The notes under the pieces were generated by a model that was not told the origin of the DNA, did no database searches, and saw nothing but the letters and a program-made list of their open reading frames with translations. Made by a program: the position numbers and the translations under genes. This document shows positions 16,629 to 30,407 of a stretch of DNA of 64,000 bases, piece after piece (the stretch's first letter is position 1; each line of letters starts with the position of its first letter). Source of the DNA: Eledone cirrhosa (Eukaryota); contig OZ024742.1 of the NCBI GenBank assembly GCA_964016885.1, forward strand, positions 286,564,001-286,628,000. Reading direction: 5' to 3'.

Positions 16629-17940
16629 ACACAAACCACGACAGCGTCGGTTGAAGCAAGCAGAATTTTGGCTGCTTACTAAAACGTATAGACACAAAAA
16701 CAGATAACACACACACACACACATACACATACACACAAACATACACAAACATACACACAAACACATGACAGCTTTGGGGCAAGCAAAATTTTGACTGCTT
16801 ACTAAATCGTAGACATATAAAAAGATAACACACACACACACACACACACACACTAGATAACATTACATGCGGCTTTGACCGGGAGGGTCATTTAGAGGGA
16901 ATAAGGGGGGGGGGGGGTAAGGCTGCACAGCCCCACTTTCCGCCATGGCGATTGGACTGCATGCCCTGCTTTCCAGGTTACCCTTCGCCACTGATATATA
17001 TATATATAATATTAAATAAATGGAAACTATATTTATAAAAATAAATATAGTTTCCATTTATTTAATATTATACTCCAGAAAATTTGTCGAGTGCTTCAAA
17101 TCAGTTATAAACATTTATATTTGTTGAATTACCAACAAATTAAATATCCCTTTTGCTTATATATATTTAAAATATTTCATTTATTTTGTTTGACCTGTTT
17201 GGCTTGCTTCGTCTCTTTGGCTTAGGAGGTTGATGGCTTCTTGACCGCCATCTCAGTTTGTTTGGCCTTTATAACCTATGTTTATTGCTCTGGTCTCTAT
17301 TTGGAGCGCTTGCCAGCATAACTCGGATATTGCGTTTCGCCTTGTTTTCGACCATAGCCGAAATACGAATCTCGCTGAATTTATATATATATATATATAT
17401 ATATATAAAAAGATGAAAATGCGAAGTTGAAAATGTTATTATTTGAGCCGTTATATATATTTCAATGACGATAAACATCGTAATCTCTTCAGACAGCAAA
17501 ATTTGATTAAAAGGCAATTTTATTTGGAAGGGAGCGGACTACATTCAGTCACCCCTGTCATTGGGAATATGGCGTTGAGTGCTAGAAGGATGCAATTCAC
17601 TTCTAGCACTCAACGCCATATTCCCAATGACAGGGGTGACAGGATTTGGCTTCGTTTATTACTGCTATATATATTTCGGTGACAGCCATCTTTGGCTGTG
17701 ACCTCTTCCGAATTAGTGTGGTAGAGACGAGTACACATGTTGTTGAGGTGTTTAACATTGTCAATACTCTGATGTGCCCAGTTCCTGGTTGGGTTGTTAT
17801 TTCACTGTTATTTCACACACTCAATGAACAACTAATTTCGTATTAGTAAAATTCGAACCCAGCTGGCCAGAGTACACACTTTCGTTCTACTAGTGAGGAA
17901 GACGACTTCGTGTGGGTAAGATGTTGACTGCTGCATACAT

Positions 17941-18120
17941 AATAATTGTTTCTACTTTTGGACAAGGCCAGCCATTATTCCAGTGGTACTTTATTTTATC
18001 GACCCCGTAAGGATGAAAGGCAAAGTTAACCTCAGCAGGATTTGAACACAGACTGTAAAAAGCCATAACTCTATGCTGCAAAGCATGGCGTCCGACCCTC
18101 TAGAGATACTGCCAATCCAC
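17941..18120 (-). mobile_element. SINE family A, near full length
   Basis: Same boxes and central domain as 10567-10757. Confidence 0.85.
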
Positions 18121-18365
18121 ATGCTGCATACATAACAATGAGTAGGAACGAGGTGTCAAAGTATCATCATTAAGTTTATTCAGCTGTGACGCGCGTTTCG
18201 TAATTGATCGGCTCAAGGTACGATCCGTATCGATCGAACCCGACTCTGGAATATAATAATTTACTAGTAAAATCTTTGTTGAATTCAACTTTGTCACACT
18301 TCGTTACAGGAAAAATGTAGACGATATCTGTGAAGATTTTTAGTTTCAATAAAAGAGAGGCAGAA

Positions 18366-18442
<77 letters not shown>

Positions 18443-19284
18443 TTCTGTTTGTATATGTGCATGTGCGTGAATGTGTATATGTATATATATGTGTATAAGG
18501 AGTAGTGTTTGTTGCTGTGTGCATGTGTACGTGTGTGGAGCAATGCTTTCGTGCTTGTAGCTGTGAGTGTGTGCGTGTATGTGTGTATGTGTGTGTGTGT
18601 ATATATATTTGTTGTGTGTGTGTAAATATATATTCATCCACATTCATTAAATACTTTATCTGTCTACATACTTCTGTGTGTGTGTGTGAGTATGAGTGTG
18701 TGAGTGTGTGTGAGTGTGAGTGTGTATGTGTGTATGTATGTGTGTGTATATGTGTGTGTGCGCGCGCAAATAGAATTTATTTTTATTTTTGTCTGTCTAC
18801 GCCGTTATTTACATTGACTAACACTATCACCCATTCCTGACCTCCCCCTTTTCTGTCTGTCTCCCCCTTCCCTCTTCTGTTTCTCTCTCTCTCCCTCCCT
18901 CTCATCATTCTCTCTCTCATTTCTCCGCCCTCTCCATCACCCCCCTCCCCACTGTTAGCAATGTAATTTAGCTAACCGAACACACAGACGCAAATTGTGT
19001 GTACATCGCTTCGTTCTGTTACACACATACACACACGCGCACACACACCACACACGCAGATACGCATAATCATACAAAGATACACCCATCACACACACAC
19101 ACACACACGACAGATATACGCATTCACACACAAAGATACACCCATTAGACACACACGTACTCATACACGTATATATGCGTTTTGAATTTTCAAGATGAAT
19201 GTAAAGTTTCACCAATATTCCGACATAGGAACTTCCTTCTATTGCTACCCTGCGTTTCTCGTATCATGTTCCGGCTTTTCATAG

Positions 19285-19605
19285 CGTCGGGCTTACAATA
19301 GTGAAGTTGTGAGTTCGATTCTTGGACCGGGCTTTGCGTTGTGTCCATGAGCAAGACACTTTATTTCGCGTTGCTCCTGTTCACTCAGCTGTAGTAATGA
19401 GTTGCTACGTCACTGGAGCCGAGCTGTATCGGTTATTGCCTTTTCCTTGGACAACATCGGTGGCATTGAAAGGGGAGACTGGTATGCATGGGAGACTGCT
19501 GGTCTTCTACAAACAACCTTGCCCGAACTTGTGCCTCGGAGAGGAACTATCTAGGTGCAAATGTCATGGTCATTCGTGACTGAAGGGATCTTTACCCCTT
19601 TACCC
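19285..19605 (+). mobile_element. tRNA-derived CORE-like SINE (family C tail)
   Basis: B-box GAGTTCGATTC; GTGTCCATGAGCAAGACACTTTATTTC..CACTCAGCTG central domain; tail shared with 38275-38580. Confidence 0.75.
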
Positions 19606-19837
19606 TAGTAGTAATGGGTAGTAACTGGCCTTAATAATTATATATATATCCTGAGTTGGTTTTCTCGTTGCTTTGGTCCTTGCTGCTGGCTTACCGGTTG
19701 CGGTCTTCAATTTGCCAAGCTGTCTAAACGTAATGTTATTACTCTAAGGTAAAATACCTCATTGAGTGCTTAGCTGCACATTCCGATTGCATTCGTTAGC
19801 ATGGCTGCAGCCAGAATTTCGATTCTGCCGAACTTCC

Positions 19838-19939
<102 letters not shown>

Positions 19940-20323
19940 CGAAATAAAGAGATATATGTATATATAGAGAGAGAAAGAACATATATCGCACAAGAAAGAC
20001 AGTATATTGTATATATACCAAATACATATTCTACAGAAGCTATAATGTTTCACTTATGATTACAGCTGTGTACATATTCTTCTATAGAATATGTATTTGG
20101 TATATATACAATATATTGTGTTTCTTGTGCGATATATGACTCTTTTTCTCTTTGTATATACATATACATCTCTTTATTTGGTTATTATGTACGTCCCTTT
20201 ATGATCTGAGTTCAAATCCCGCCGAGGTTGACTTCTAGATAAACTCTATTGAGCTTGCTTATTGATAAACACAAAATTCTAAACATATTTTATGTTTTGA
20301 TTCATTATTTATATTTATATATA

Positions 20324-20511
20324 TGGCGGTGGACTGGCAGTATCGGTAGAGGGTTGGACGCCATGCTTTGACGCATAGAGTTACGGCCCTTGCCATTCTG
20401 AATTCAAATCCCGCCGAGGTTAACTTTGCCTTTCATCCTTACGGGGTCGATAAAATAAAGTACCAGTAATACATTGGGTAATTGCTGGCCTTGTGCCAAA
20501 AGTAGAAACAA

Positions 20512-20516
<5 letters not shown>
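20324..20516 (+). mobile_element. SINE family A, full length
   Basis: GGCGGTGGACTGGCAGTATCGGTAGAG head, B-box, central domain, AAACAATTATT tail. Confidence 0.9.
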
Positions 20517-20571
<55 letters not shown>

Positions 20572-21113
20572 TTGTGTGTGTCAAATATCTTTTTCTTCTT
20601 CTTTCCCTCACCCACTTATTCCATGGTCGTGAGGGCTGAGTCGTCAAACACCTCTTTTGGCGAGTGTGTGTGTATGTGTGTGTGTATGTGTGTGTGTGTA
20701 TGTGTATGTGCGTGTGCATATGTGTGTATATAAAGAAATATGTGCGTCCCAACGCAACTGACCGTGATAATAGCCGATCATAAAAAACAATAATTAAGAA
20801 AATCAGATAATAGCCTATGGATTCGAGAATCTACAAGTCTGATGCGCTATCGATTCCAGAGTCGGGCCCGATCAGTACAATGGACTGATCGATCGCGAAA
20901 CACGCGTCACGAATGAATAAATATGATGATGTTATATAGATGTTATACTGACACTTCGGTCCTGCCCCTTATTATTTTAACACTCCGCTTTTTAAGGATA
21001 CCAATAATGATGAAATACCAAACATAGAATCCCACATCGGTAGCCGGACCCAAATAGAAGCAAAGGGTGCTCAAACTTGTGACCCATCAGTTACTAAGCA
21101 TTACACGGCTATA

Positions 21114-21200
<87 letters not shown>

Positions 21201-21435
21201 GGAAAACGAAGAATCAGTGATGCATCGGAACACAAATTTATTACGTATTACAAATGTTTCTCCGGCAAACAGCTCGAGGTGCGATCTGTTTGTGGATCGA
21301 ACCTGACTCTGGATTCGCAAGTTCCTCAGATAGCTCTAGTGATTTCGAAGCAAATCATCTTTCTGCTGGACTTTGCTCTTCGAATTTCTATCATCTACCT
21401 TCATCCTGTTTGCGCTGTACTCCGAGTGGTTGGTA

Positions 21436-21543
<108 letters not shown>

Positions 21544-21873
21544 AGGAATTACAAAGTTTAGATGATAAAGTCCTTTATTGATAAGGCCGTTATTCATATT
21601 TCGAGGACGACAATTGGTCAGGCCATACAGTGTAGAAGCTAGTGCCATGCTCTCTTCAGACAGCGTCTTACATAAGAAAGTTACAATGAAGGAGGTAATC
21701 CAAAATTGAAGTGATAACAAGAACGGACAAACAGCGATGTTCGTTAATCGAATGTCCGTTCCCCTGTATTTCCTTATTCTAAAAATACTCCGTCACTCCT
21801 GTGAGGAAAATGCACGTCGCGTTCTTGAATTGAATTACATCAATATTTTTACATATATATACATATATATATG

Positions 21874-22007
<134 letters not shown>

Positions 22008-22039
22008 ATGTGTGTGTATTACTACAGATTTTGGTCTTT

Positions 22040-22200
22040 GTAATTATTAGAGGGTCAGACATGCTTTCCAGCGTAGTTACGTCCCTTTACGATCTGAGTT
22101 CAAATCCCGCCGAGGTTAACTTTGCCTTTCGGCAAAATAAAGTACCAGTAATACACTGAGTAATTGCTGGCCTTGTGCCAAAAGTAGAAACAATTATTAC
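22040..22200 (+). mobile_element. SINE family A
   Basis: B-box, internally deleted central domain, tail. Confidence 0.8.
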
Positions 22201-22251
22201 TATACACACACGCGCGCACACACACACGTACACACACACACAAACACACAA

Positions 22252-22280
<29 letters not shown>

Positions 22281-22283
<3 letters not shown>

Positions 22284-22905
22284 CACGATAAATTAACGGA
22301 GGCATAGGCCCTCGCTATTCCCTGTAAATAATGTGCTCAAAGGAGAAGAGATCCTGAGCTCTTTAAAATACAATATGTTGAAAAGGTTACACACCAGAGA
22401 GAGATATACAGTGCGTTATCAATAATACAGGGAAAAAACCACTAGTGTATGGAATATATAACCTATGAAAGGCAGAATATAGACACGATAATTAAAAATA
22501 TAAATTAAAGCGTAAATACATACCTCTATAACTATATAACACACGTACAAATCCAAAGATATGTTTCACCAATAATTTGTTGAAAGAAATGGGTTAGTCT
22601 CGGTTCATCAGCGTGTGTAAGGCTATACATTTCAGACAACACTAAGAGAATTTTAAAATTGACTGTCCAGCTACACGTGGGAGAGAGAAGTCACAGCGTG
22701 TTTAAGGGCAGTGAACCAGTGGCCTCTGAGAGACGAACTGCTAGAAAGGGCAGCACAAAGCCACTCAGAGAAGTGTGCTCAACCAAACAGAGATAGGAAA
22801 GACTGTTATTAGGAGCGAAATATCACGATAAATTAACGGAGGCATAGGCCCTCGCTATTCCCTGTAAATAATGTGCTCAAAGGAGAAGAGATCCTGAGCT
22901 CTTTA
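22281..22905 (-). mobile_element. 540-bp unit plus 85-bp terminal direct repeat, containing an HHR-like core
   Basis: 22281-22365 is identical to 22821-22905; CTGATGA-ACCGA..TTGGT-GAAA-CATA-TC on the minus strand at ~22555-22615. Confidence 0.65.
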
Positions 22906-23339
22906 TATAAATAATTATAATTATGGTACCAGAAAAAAACAGAAAGAATTAGACAGGAAGAAGTAGTTAGAAGTAGAAATGTATTGAGTGTTCAATAAAT
23001 TTCTATTTCTGACCAATTGTTCCTGTCTAGTTCTTCCTGTTTTTCCTGGAACCATACTTACACTTATAAACACTCCGTGAATTTCTTCTTTGGTAATTGT
23101 ATCCAAACCTTCCTAACTGGTTACGACTACAAGGAATAATATTTGGTATATAATTGATTTGATCTACACAAACGAAATTCAATATTTTCTTTTTGAGTGT
23201 ACATACACACACCACAAACCGTCCATCTCAATTCTACTTTTGAAAAGCATAAGAACTGTGAAACCGGTAAAGGAAACAAATAAATATTCTTAAAAAGACT
23301 CCAGTTGCATTTTCGATTTCTTTTCCTTATATATATACA

Positions 23340-23540
23340 AAGAAAGTGTGGTAAGGAATCAGGTGGATCATTACGCACCAGAGTACTCGAAACTTGGGGT
23401 ATTAGAGTGGATAATAGGAAAAGAGTCGGGACCCCGACGGCCGAGCTCCGACCGTTTCGACAGCTAGATCCGAACTGTCGAACGTTCAGATCTAGCTGTC
23501 GAAACGCCGGAGCTCTGCTGTCGGGGTTCTGACTCTTTTC

Positions 23541-23542
<2 letters not shown>
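23340..23542 (-). mobile_element. Family H1 element, fold-back
   Basis: AGGAAAAGAGTCGGGACCCCGAC / GTCGGGGTTCTGACTCTTTTCCT arms. Confidence 0.75.
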
Positions 23543-23618
<76 letters not shown>

Positions 23619-23619
<1 letters not shown>

Positions 23620-24568
23620 TAGCAATGGTACCCGGCGTTGCACGGGATAACGTATTTTGGAACGCGGGCCGCCAACAGACCTTATCGTGGAAAAACTGCA
23701 TGCGTGGACAATATGTAAAGAAAATAAACCGAATACTCTGATGGGTGGATAATATTTAAGATTTTCCTCGATGAAGCAGGAAAATGCAGGTTTTCTCCTA
23801 ATGCGGGCCCTAGGGGATCAAGAAAATGAATTTTTTTTATGTGCATAATATGCCTTGAAATTTCGGGAAAATCGGCTAGACGTAACACCTTAAAAAGGCC
23901 CTAAAAAACTGAAAAAATGAAGTTTTTCACTTAGGCCATAAAAAGTTGGATTTTCTTTGCTCACAGTATGAAGAGACTGACTAATACATAGTTACAATTT
24001 CAAGGAAATCAGTCTGACGTAACGACTAAAAAAAAAACTAAAAACCTGAAAAAACGCAGTTTTTCACCTAATGCGAGCCCTAGGGGATCAAAAAGTTGAA
24101 TTTTATATTGAATTTTATATTGAATTTTATATTGAATTTTATATGCATAACACTCCCTGAAATATAAGTAATACACATGTAAAGTTTGAAAAAAGTCGGT
24201 TGGGTACTTCTCGAGTTTTAGGGATTCAAACTCACTCACACACACACACACGGACAGACATCCTCAGGGAAGTGACGTAATGCAGACAGTCAGACATACA
24301 GACAGATATTATAAGGGCGCGACGTTATATGTATGTATCTATCTAAAAAGAGAAAGACTAAGAATTATAGAGAGAGATCACTAAATCGCCTAATGCGGTC
24401 CCTAAGCATTGAAAATTTGAAATTATTTTTGCTCAGAACACTCCCTGAAACATAAGTATTACATGTATAAAGTTTGAAAACAGTCGGTTGGGTGGTTCTC
24501 GAGTTTTAGGGATTCAAACTCTCACACACACACAGACAGACATCCTCAGTTTTATATATATATATAGA
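23619..24568 (-). mobile_element. Non-autonomous Helitron
   Basis: Minus strand begins TC at 24568 and ends with hairpin CCCGTGCAACGCCGGG, a short spacer and CTAG at 23619; inserted between A and T; internal duplications. Confidence 0.8.
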
Positions 24569-25181
24569 TGTGTGTACCTGTATCCTAGCGCTTTGATAAA
24601 AAGTAGATTGCTAAGATAAGGACGAGGTTTGACTACAATCCTTTCACGGCTATGCCCAGTATGGCCGCACTAATAACTAAAGCCAGTGAAAGAATAAAAG
24701 AGCATATATGGAGGATTCTTCAGCTAGCGTTGATCGTCAATCGTCATATGATATGAGAATAAGAATAATATTGCATTAATATCCAGTAACATATTTATAT
24801 ACGTTAAATTTGATGTTAAAATGTATCTGGTCATCTGAGAATAGAGCTTCCGTGCGGTTTTTCGGTTTAGAGGATGTGTGCGGTTTTCCGGTTTAGAACA
24901 GGTGCCGGTTGTCCGATATACAGCAGGTGCATGGTTTGAAATTTCGCTCGCATAAAAATGTTATCATTTACGTTTATCTTGCAAATATTTGTCCTTCTCT
25001 TCTTCCCTCACTCCTTAATAAGTGCATTGTATCTTTCCAGGGACTATATTGAAAAATATACCTCAGCTGATCATTCCATGAGAGTAACTTGGTCAGTCTA
25101 TGAAGTTTTCAGCCTATGAAATGTTTTCAGCCGACAGCTCGTATATAGGGAAAGAGAGAAGGATATATATATATATATATA

Positions 25182-25320
25182 TAACGATGGAAATGTGGTA
25201 AGGAACCAGATGGACCATAACGCACCAAAGTACTCAATACTTAGGGTAGTAGAGTGGGTAATAGGAACAAGTATGACCCCGACGACAGAGCTCAAGCCGT
25301 TTCGACGGCTAATTCTGGAC
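25182..25320 (-). mobile_element. Family H1 element (3' half of HHR, no fold-back)
   Basis: Near-identical to the left arm of 33960-34214. Confidence 0.8.
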
Positions 25321-25546
25321 ATATATATATACAAATTTTAGTACAGCATTATCGAAGCTTTAGTTCACGGCCAAGCTAACGAATGCAAATTCGGTCTGTA
25401 GCTTTAGCACTCGGATGGGGAAAAGTACCCCAGAGTAATAACAATACGTTTAGACAGCTTAGCAAATCAAATATAGCGATCGGCAGTCCAGCCGCATCAC
25501 CAGAGCAACGAAAATACAGGACTCAGGAAAAGATTTTATATATATT

Positions 25547-25581
<35 letters not shown>

Positions 25582-25763
25582 ATATATATTGTTATACTTT
25601 GGAAGGGTCATGTTGCCAATAAGAAACACACACACCAATTTATTATAAATTAACAATTAAAAATTAAAAATTAAAAATTGGCAACATGACCCTCCCAAAG
25701 TATAACAATATCGGTTTCAACACACGTTTTCAGATAAAGAATCTTGCTAAACAAATTCAGAAA

Positions 25764-25883
<120 letters not shown>

Positions 25884-26004
25884 TATTAGGATTGATGCTC
25901 TGAAATAGCGACGTATACATGAATGTATGTATAGTATATTTGCCAATATACCGTATGTTTAATTAAAAACGCTATCATTTTTAAAGAAGTGACTATGTCA
26001 CTTC

Positions 26005-26094
26005 TTTTCGGCGAAAGAAGGGAGAGAAGCTAACAGTCTGTTTTACGCTGTTTGGCGATCATCAGAGCCACGCACTCCCTGCTTCCGCCGAAAA
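26005..26094 (-). ncRNA. Decayed type I hammerhead in a diverged relative of the 310-bp unit (25890-26130)
   Basis: Minus strand: TTTTCGGCGGAAG..GGCT-CTGATGA-TCGC..GCGT-AAAA-CAGACTG-TT-AGCT..CTTTCGCCGAAAA. Confidence 0.6.
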
Positions 26095-27079
26095 TTATAG
26101 AAGCTGGATTCTTATAGAATTCCAGTAATAATCAGGTCAATAATGCCGGGATGGAAATGTGGTATGGGTCTAAAAGTGCTCCACTACGAAAGTAGGAGCT
26201 AAAGATCACATCGGGTGTGGTAAAATACCGGGTGGACCGTAACCCAGGCGCTTTAGTTCGGATCTTGCTGTCGAAACGGCCGGAGCTCAGCCGTCGGGGT
26301 CCTGAATCTGTTTATATTACCCACTCTACTACCCCAAGTATTGAGTACTCTGGTGGGTTATGATCTACCTGGTATTTTACCAGACCCAATATATATATAT
26401 ATATATACACATACACACACATATATATGTATATATATACACACACACACACATATATATATATATACAGAGAGAAAGAGAAAGGGGGGAGAGAAAAAAG
26501 AATAGATACTTGATCTAATTTGATACGGCTATCAACTAAAGAGCTGTGACCTCAATAAATTTAAAAAAAAAACATACTTTATTTCGACGAAACTCAATTG
26601 ATTTAAGTGGAATTATTTGAAAAAACCTATCAACATGAGTGAAATCGAGAGGTTTTTCCATGACGTTTCCATTGTGGCTTACATTGTAAATTCGATTGTA
26701 GGTCATCATTGTAAGTCTTCATTGTAGGTTTCCATTGTGGCTTCCATTATAGGCTTCCATTGTAGGTCTTCATTTTAGGCCATCAGCATAAATCTAATCT
26801 AATCTGATCTGGCCGAGTTTACACTGGCAAATAAGAAGAACCAAGGCCGACCCTAGAAGCATTGGATATGGTGTACTACATAGTTGTTTCGGTTGCTGAA
26901 TACAACCAGGGGTCGCTGTTTCTCCTGAAGGTCAATAGTTCTCTTCTAACTCGAACGGGAGCGCCTTTCCATTGTCAATTTGCACTGATCATCTGGAAAG
27001 CAACATTGTTCTCAGAACCACTACACCAGTCTTTCGATGCGTGCAGCTGGAACTACTGTCACTCATTGATATGGCAGGA

Positions 27080-27230
27080 TCGCAACTCATTTCTACAGCT
27101 GAGTAAACTGGAGCAACGTGAAATAAAGTGTCTTGCTCAAGGACACAACACATCACCCAGTCCGAGAATCGAACTCACAAACTTTCGATTGCAAGCTCAA
27201 TGCTCTAACCACTAAGCCATGCGCTTTCAC
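27080..27230 (-). mobile_element. CORE-like tRNA SINE head and central domain
   Basis: Reverse complement of TGGCTTAGTGG A-box, GTTCGATTC B-box and GTGTCCTTGAGCAAGACACTTTATTTCACGTTG. Confidence 0.8.
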
Positions 27231-27449
27231 TAAAAACAGGATAAATGGATCTCAGCCAGTTATTTTGGGAAAGAAACGGCTTACTCGATGATTGAAGTTA
27301 GGTAAAAAGAGGCTGAGTATTCCACAGACATGTATACCTTCTTCTTTATTCCTGAGAGGGTCGTTGGGGCAGAATTATCAAACACACCTTCCAGCGAGTC
27401 CTGCCAAAAGTAACCGCCTCCAAAAGATCTGGCTGGATCTCCAAGCGAG

Positions 27450-28400
27450 ACTACGCCATCACTACACCACACTAGTACACCACACTAGTACACCACACCA
27501 TTATACCACGCTACTACCACCACACTATATTACACTACACTAGTACTACACCACACTAGCACTAAACTATGCTACACCACAACAACACACCACGCTTCTA
27601 CACTACACTGCACTATATTACACCACAACAACACACCACACACCTCATACCACACTATAGTACACTACACTCCACCACAACAACACACCGTAATGCTACC
27701 ACTACACTACATCATTACACTACATCACAACAACACACCACACCCCTACCATTATACTACAATACACTACACCACTACACTACACACCACACTCCGACAC
27801 TACACCACTACATTACAACAACACTCCACACTCCTACCACTACACTACAATACACTACACCGCTAAAAGACACCACACTACACCACACTACACCACAACA
27901 CAGTACACTACTTCACAACATTACACTACACCCCACCACACTACAACACAACAACACACTACACCACAACACTACACTACACCACAACACTATACTATTC
28001 TACACTTCACTACACTACACTACACTACACCACACCACACTACACCACACTACACTACACCACAACACTACACTACACAACACCACACTACACTACACTA
28101 CACTACAATACACCACAACATCAAACCACAGTCCTACCACCACACTATAGTACACTACACCACAACACTACACTACATCACACCACACTACACTACACTA
28201 CACCGCCTACACTATAGTACACACTCAAACATCACTATCTCAAGTCAGTCGCGGTGTAACTCCTATTCTTTTATTCATACATCTACCACTACACTACACT
28301 ACACTACACCATTACACCACAGTTCTACCACCACTCTACACTACGCCACACTACACCACTACATTACACTTAAACATCACTATATCAAGTCAGTCACGCT
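27450..28400. repeat. Degenerate (ACACT/ACACC)n pentanucleotide satellite
   Basis: Read directly from sequence. Confidence 0.9.
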
Positions 28401-28757
28401 GTATCTCTTAATCTTTATTCACACAATAGTGTTGAATATAACAAACATATGTAACAATTCTACAGACATTCATTAGCAACAGAATAAACAGTAAGATAAT
28501 GACCATTTGAAAATAGCAATTAATTCCCATACAATCTTGTTAAACATATTATGTAATCTAATGAGATACATAATGAATTGTGGAAGAAACATTGAAAAGA
28601 GGTATTTTGAAATAAATAAAAAAATATACAGAGTGAGCATAAAGCAAAGACTGGCTCTCCGTCGGTTACGACGACGACGAGTGTTCCAGTTGATCCGATC
28701 AACGGACGGAACAGCCTGCTCGTGAAATTAACGCGCAACTGGGTGAACGTTCCACAG

Positions 28758-28823
<66 letters not shown>

Positions 28824-28825
<2 letters not shown>

Positions 28826-29195
28826 CATATCTGTATAAAGCTATGCTTGAAGCTAAATCCTATTTCTATTCTATTATAAGTTGAGCCAACTTATGCAGCT
28901 TCATATGCAAATGAGATTAATCACCTCATTTACACAGACGAGAAAACTATATATTCTCGACTGTTCTCAAGTCCAGCAGTTGCAAGTGTGGGAGGGACCG
29001 TCCTAATGAAGACCAGTTAAGTCTGAAATACATAGACAGTTGTCCCCCTTGCTTCTGCTGGACACCGCCAGAGGGCGTTAGTTCCAGTGTTTGCATAGCT
29101 ACGGCTTCCTAAATGTTTTCTGTAAATATACCATGTTTCTTTAGAAATGCAAAATGTCTATACATATCTGTATACAGCTATGCTTGAAGCTAAAT
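28824..29195 (+). mobile_element. 337-bp HHR-containing monomer with a 35-bp terminal direct repeat, in (TA)n
   Basis: TACATATCTGTATA(A/C)AGCTATGCTTGAAGCTAAAT at 28824 and 29161; HHR remnant at 28971-29063. Confidence 0.7.
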
Positions 29196-29219
29196 ATATA
29201 TGTATATATATTCCTAACG

Positions 29220-29435
29220 ATCGACTTTCGTCAAATCGGACCGAGGAAACAGTGTTTCCATTGGTCTTTCCAATTGCTAATACTATCTATCGGTCGTAAC
29301 TCCAGGTAGAAGGAACAACGTGAAAGTGAAATAAAGTGTCTTGCTCAAGGACATAACGCATCGCCCGGTCCAGGAATCGAACTCACAACCTCACGATTGC
29401 GAATCCAGTTCTCTAACCACCCAGCCACACGCCTT
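29220..29435 (-). mobile_element. CORE-like SINE (family D tail); another copy at 43340-43570
   Basis: GAAATAAAGTGTCTTGCTCAAGGAC and GGAATCGAACTC. Confidence 0.7.
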
Positions 29436-29462
29436 TATATATATATATACACACATATATAT

Positions 29463-29548
<86 letters not shown>

Positions 29549-29550
<2 letters not shown>

Positions 29551-30213
29551 TGGCTGCCAACTCGTTTTCGAGTACGGACACTACTTTATATCCATGTAGG
29601 ACAACCCCTTGTCACCAGCTGGTGCTACTGGTAACATGTATCCCAGTACAACCTGTCCCATGGTCGGGTGGTTGGCGACTAAACTGGCAACCCCACCAAG
29701 GTTTCTTGGTGAGGAGGGTGACTTTGGACATCCTGCAGGACTAAAAACAAAACCTGTCAAAGGGCAAAGGAACTCTTAAGAGTCAATGGCCATCCAAAAT
29801 CACCGGGAGAGATGACCCCTTAGCCTTTGTCAAGGCAGAATTCTAGGAGAAGGAAAACTCTGATATAACACCTGCAACCCTGATGGTATCCAATGATGTT
29901 GACTTGTTCTTCTTTTTGGTAAATATCATCTTGGTTAAGAGAGTGGGAATGGCTTTGTGCAGTGCCTTTGCTCACTATAAAAGCTTCACGGCACAGGCAT
30001 TGCTTTAAATCTGGAGATCTCTCTGCACTTGTCGTCACATGGTACCATGCGCCCAGCACTATGTGTCAATAATTGTCACAAGTGTAGTGTTTGTACCAGA
30101 GTTTTCAAGTCGCTGGCTGGACTGAAAAGTCACACTCGTTCAGCGCATCGGTAGGGGTTCTCCTACATGGATATAAAGTAGTGGCCATACTTGAAAACGA
30201 GTTGGCAGCCACC
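29549..30213 (+). mobile_element. Internally deleted RTE-like derivative with ~60-bp terminal inverted repeats, in (TA)n
   Basis: RTE-type 5' UTR (TAAAAACAAAACCTGTCAAAGGGC) and C-terminal zinc-finger-like [17 protein letters not shown]; arms 29549-29609 / 30153-30213. Confidence 0.55.
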
Positions 30214-30249
<36 letters not shown>

Positions 30250-30250
30250 A

Positions 30251-30323
<73 letters not shown>

Positions 30324-30326
30324 ATA

Positions 30327-30407
<81 letters not shown>

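Noticed and set aside
20324-20420. tRNA gene
   Set aside because: Only A/B boxes of a SINE head; no cloverleaf, and followed by the repeated SINE body
27569-28150. 193-aa His/Thr-rich ORF
   Set aside because: Translation of the (ACACT)n satellite
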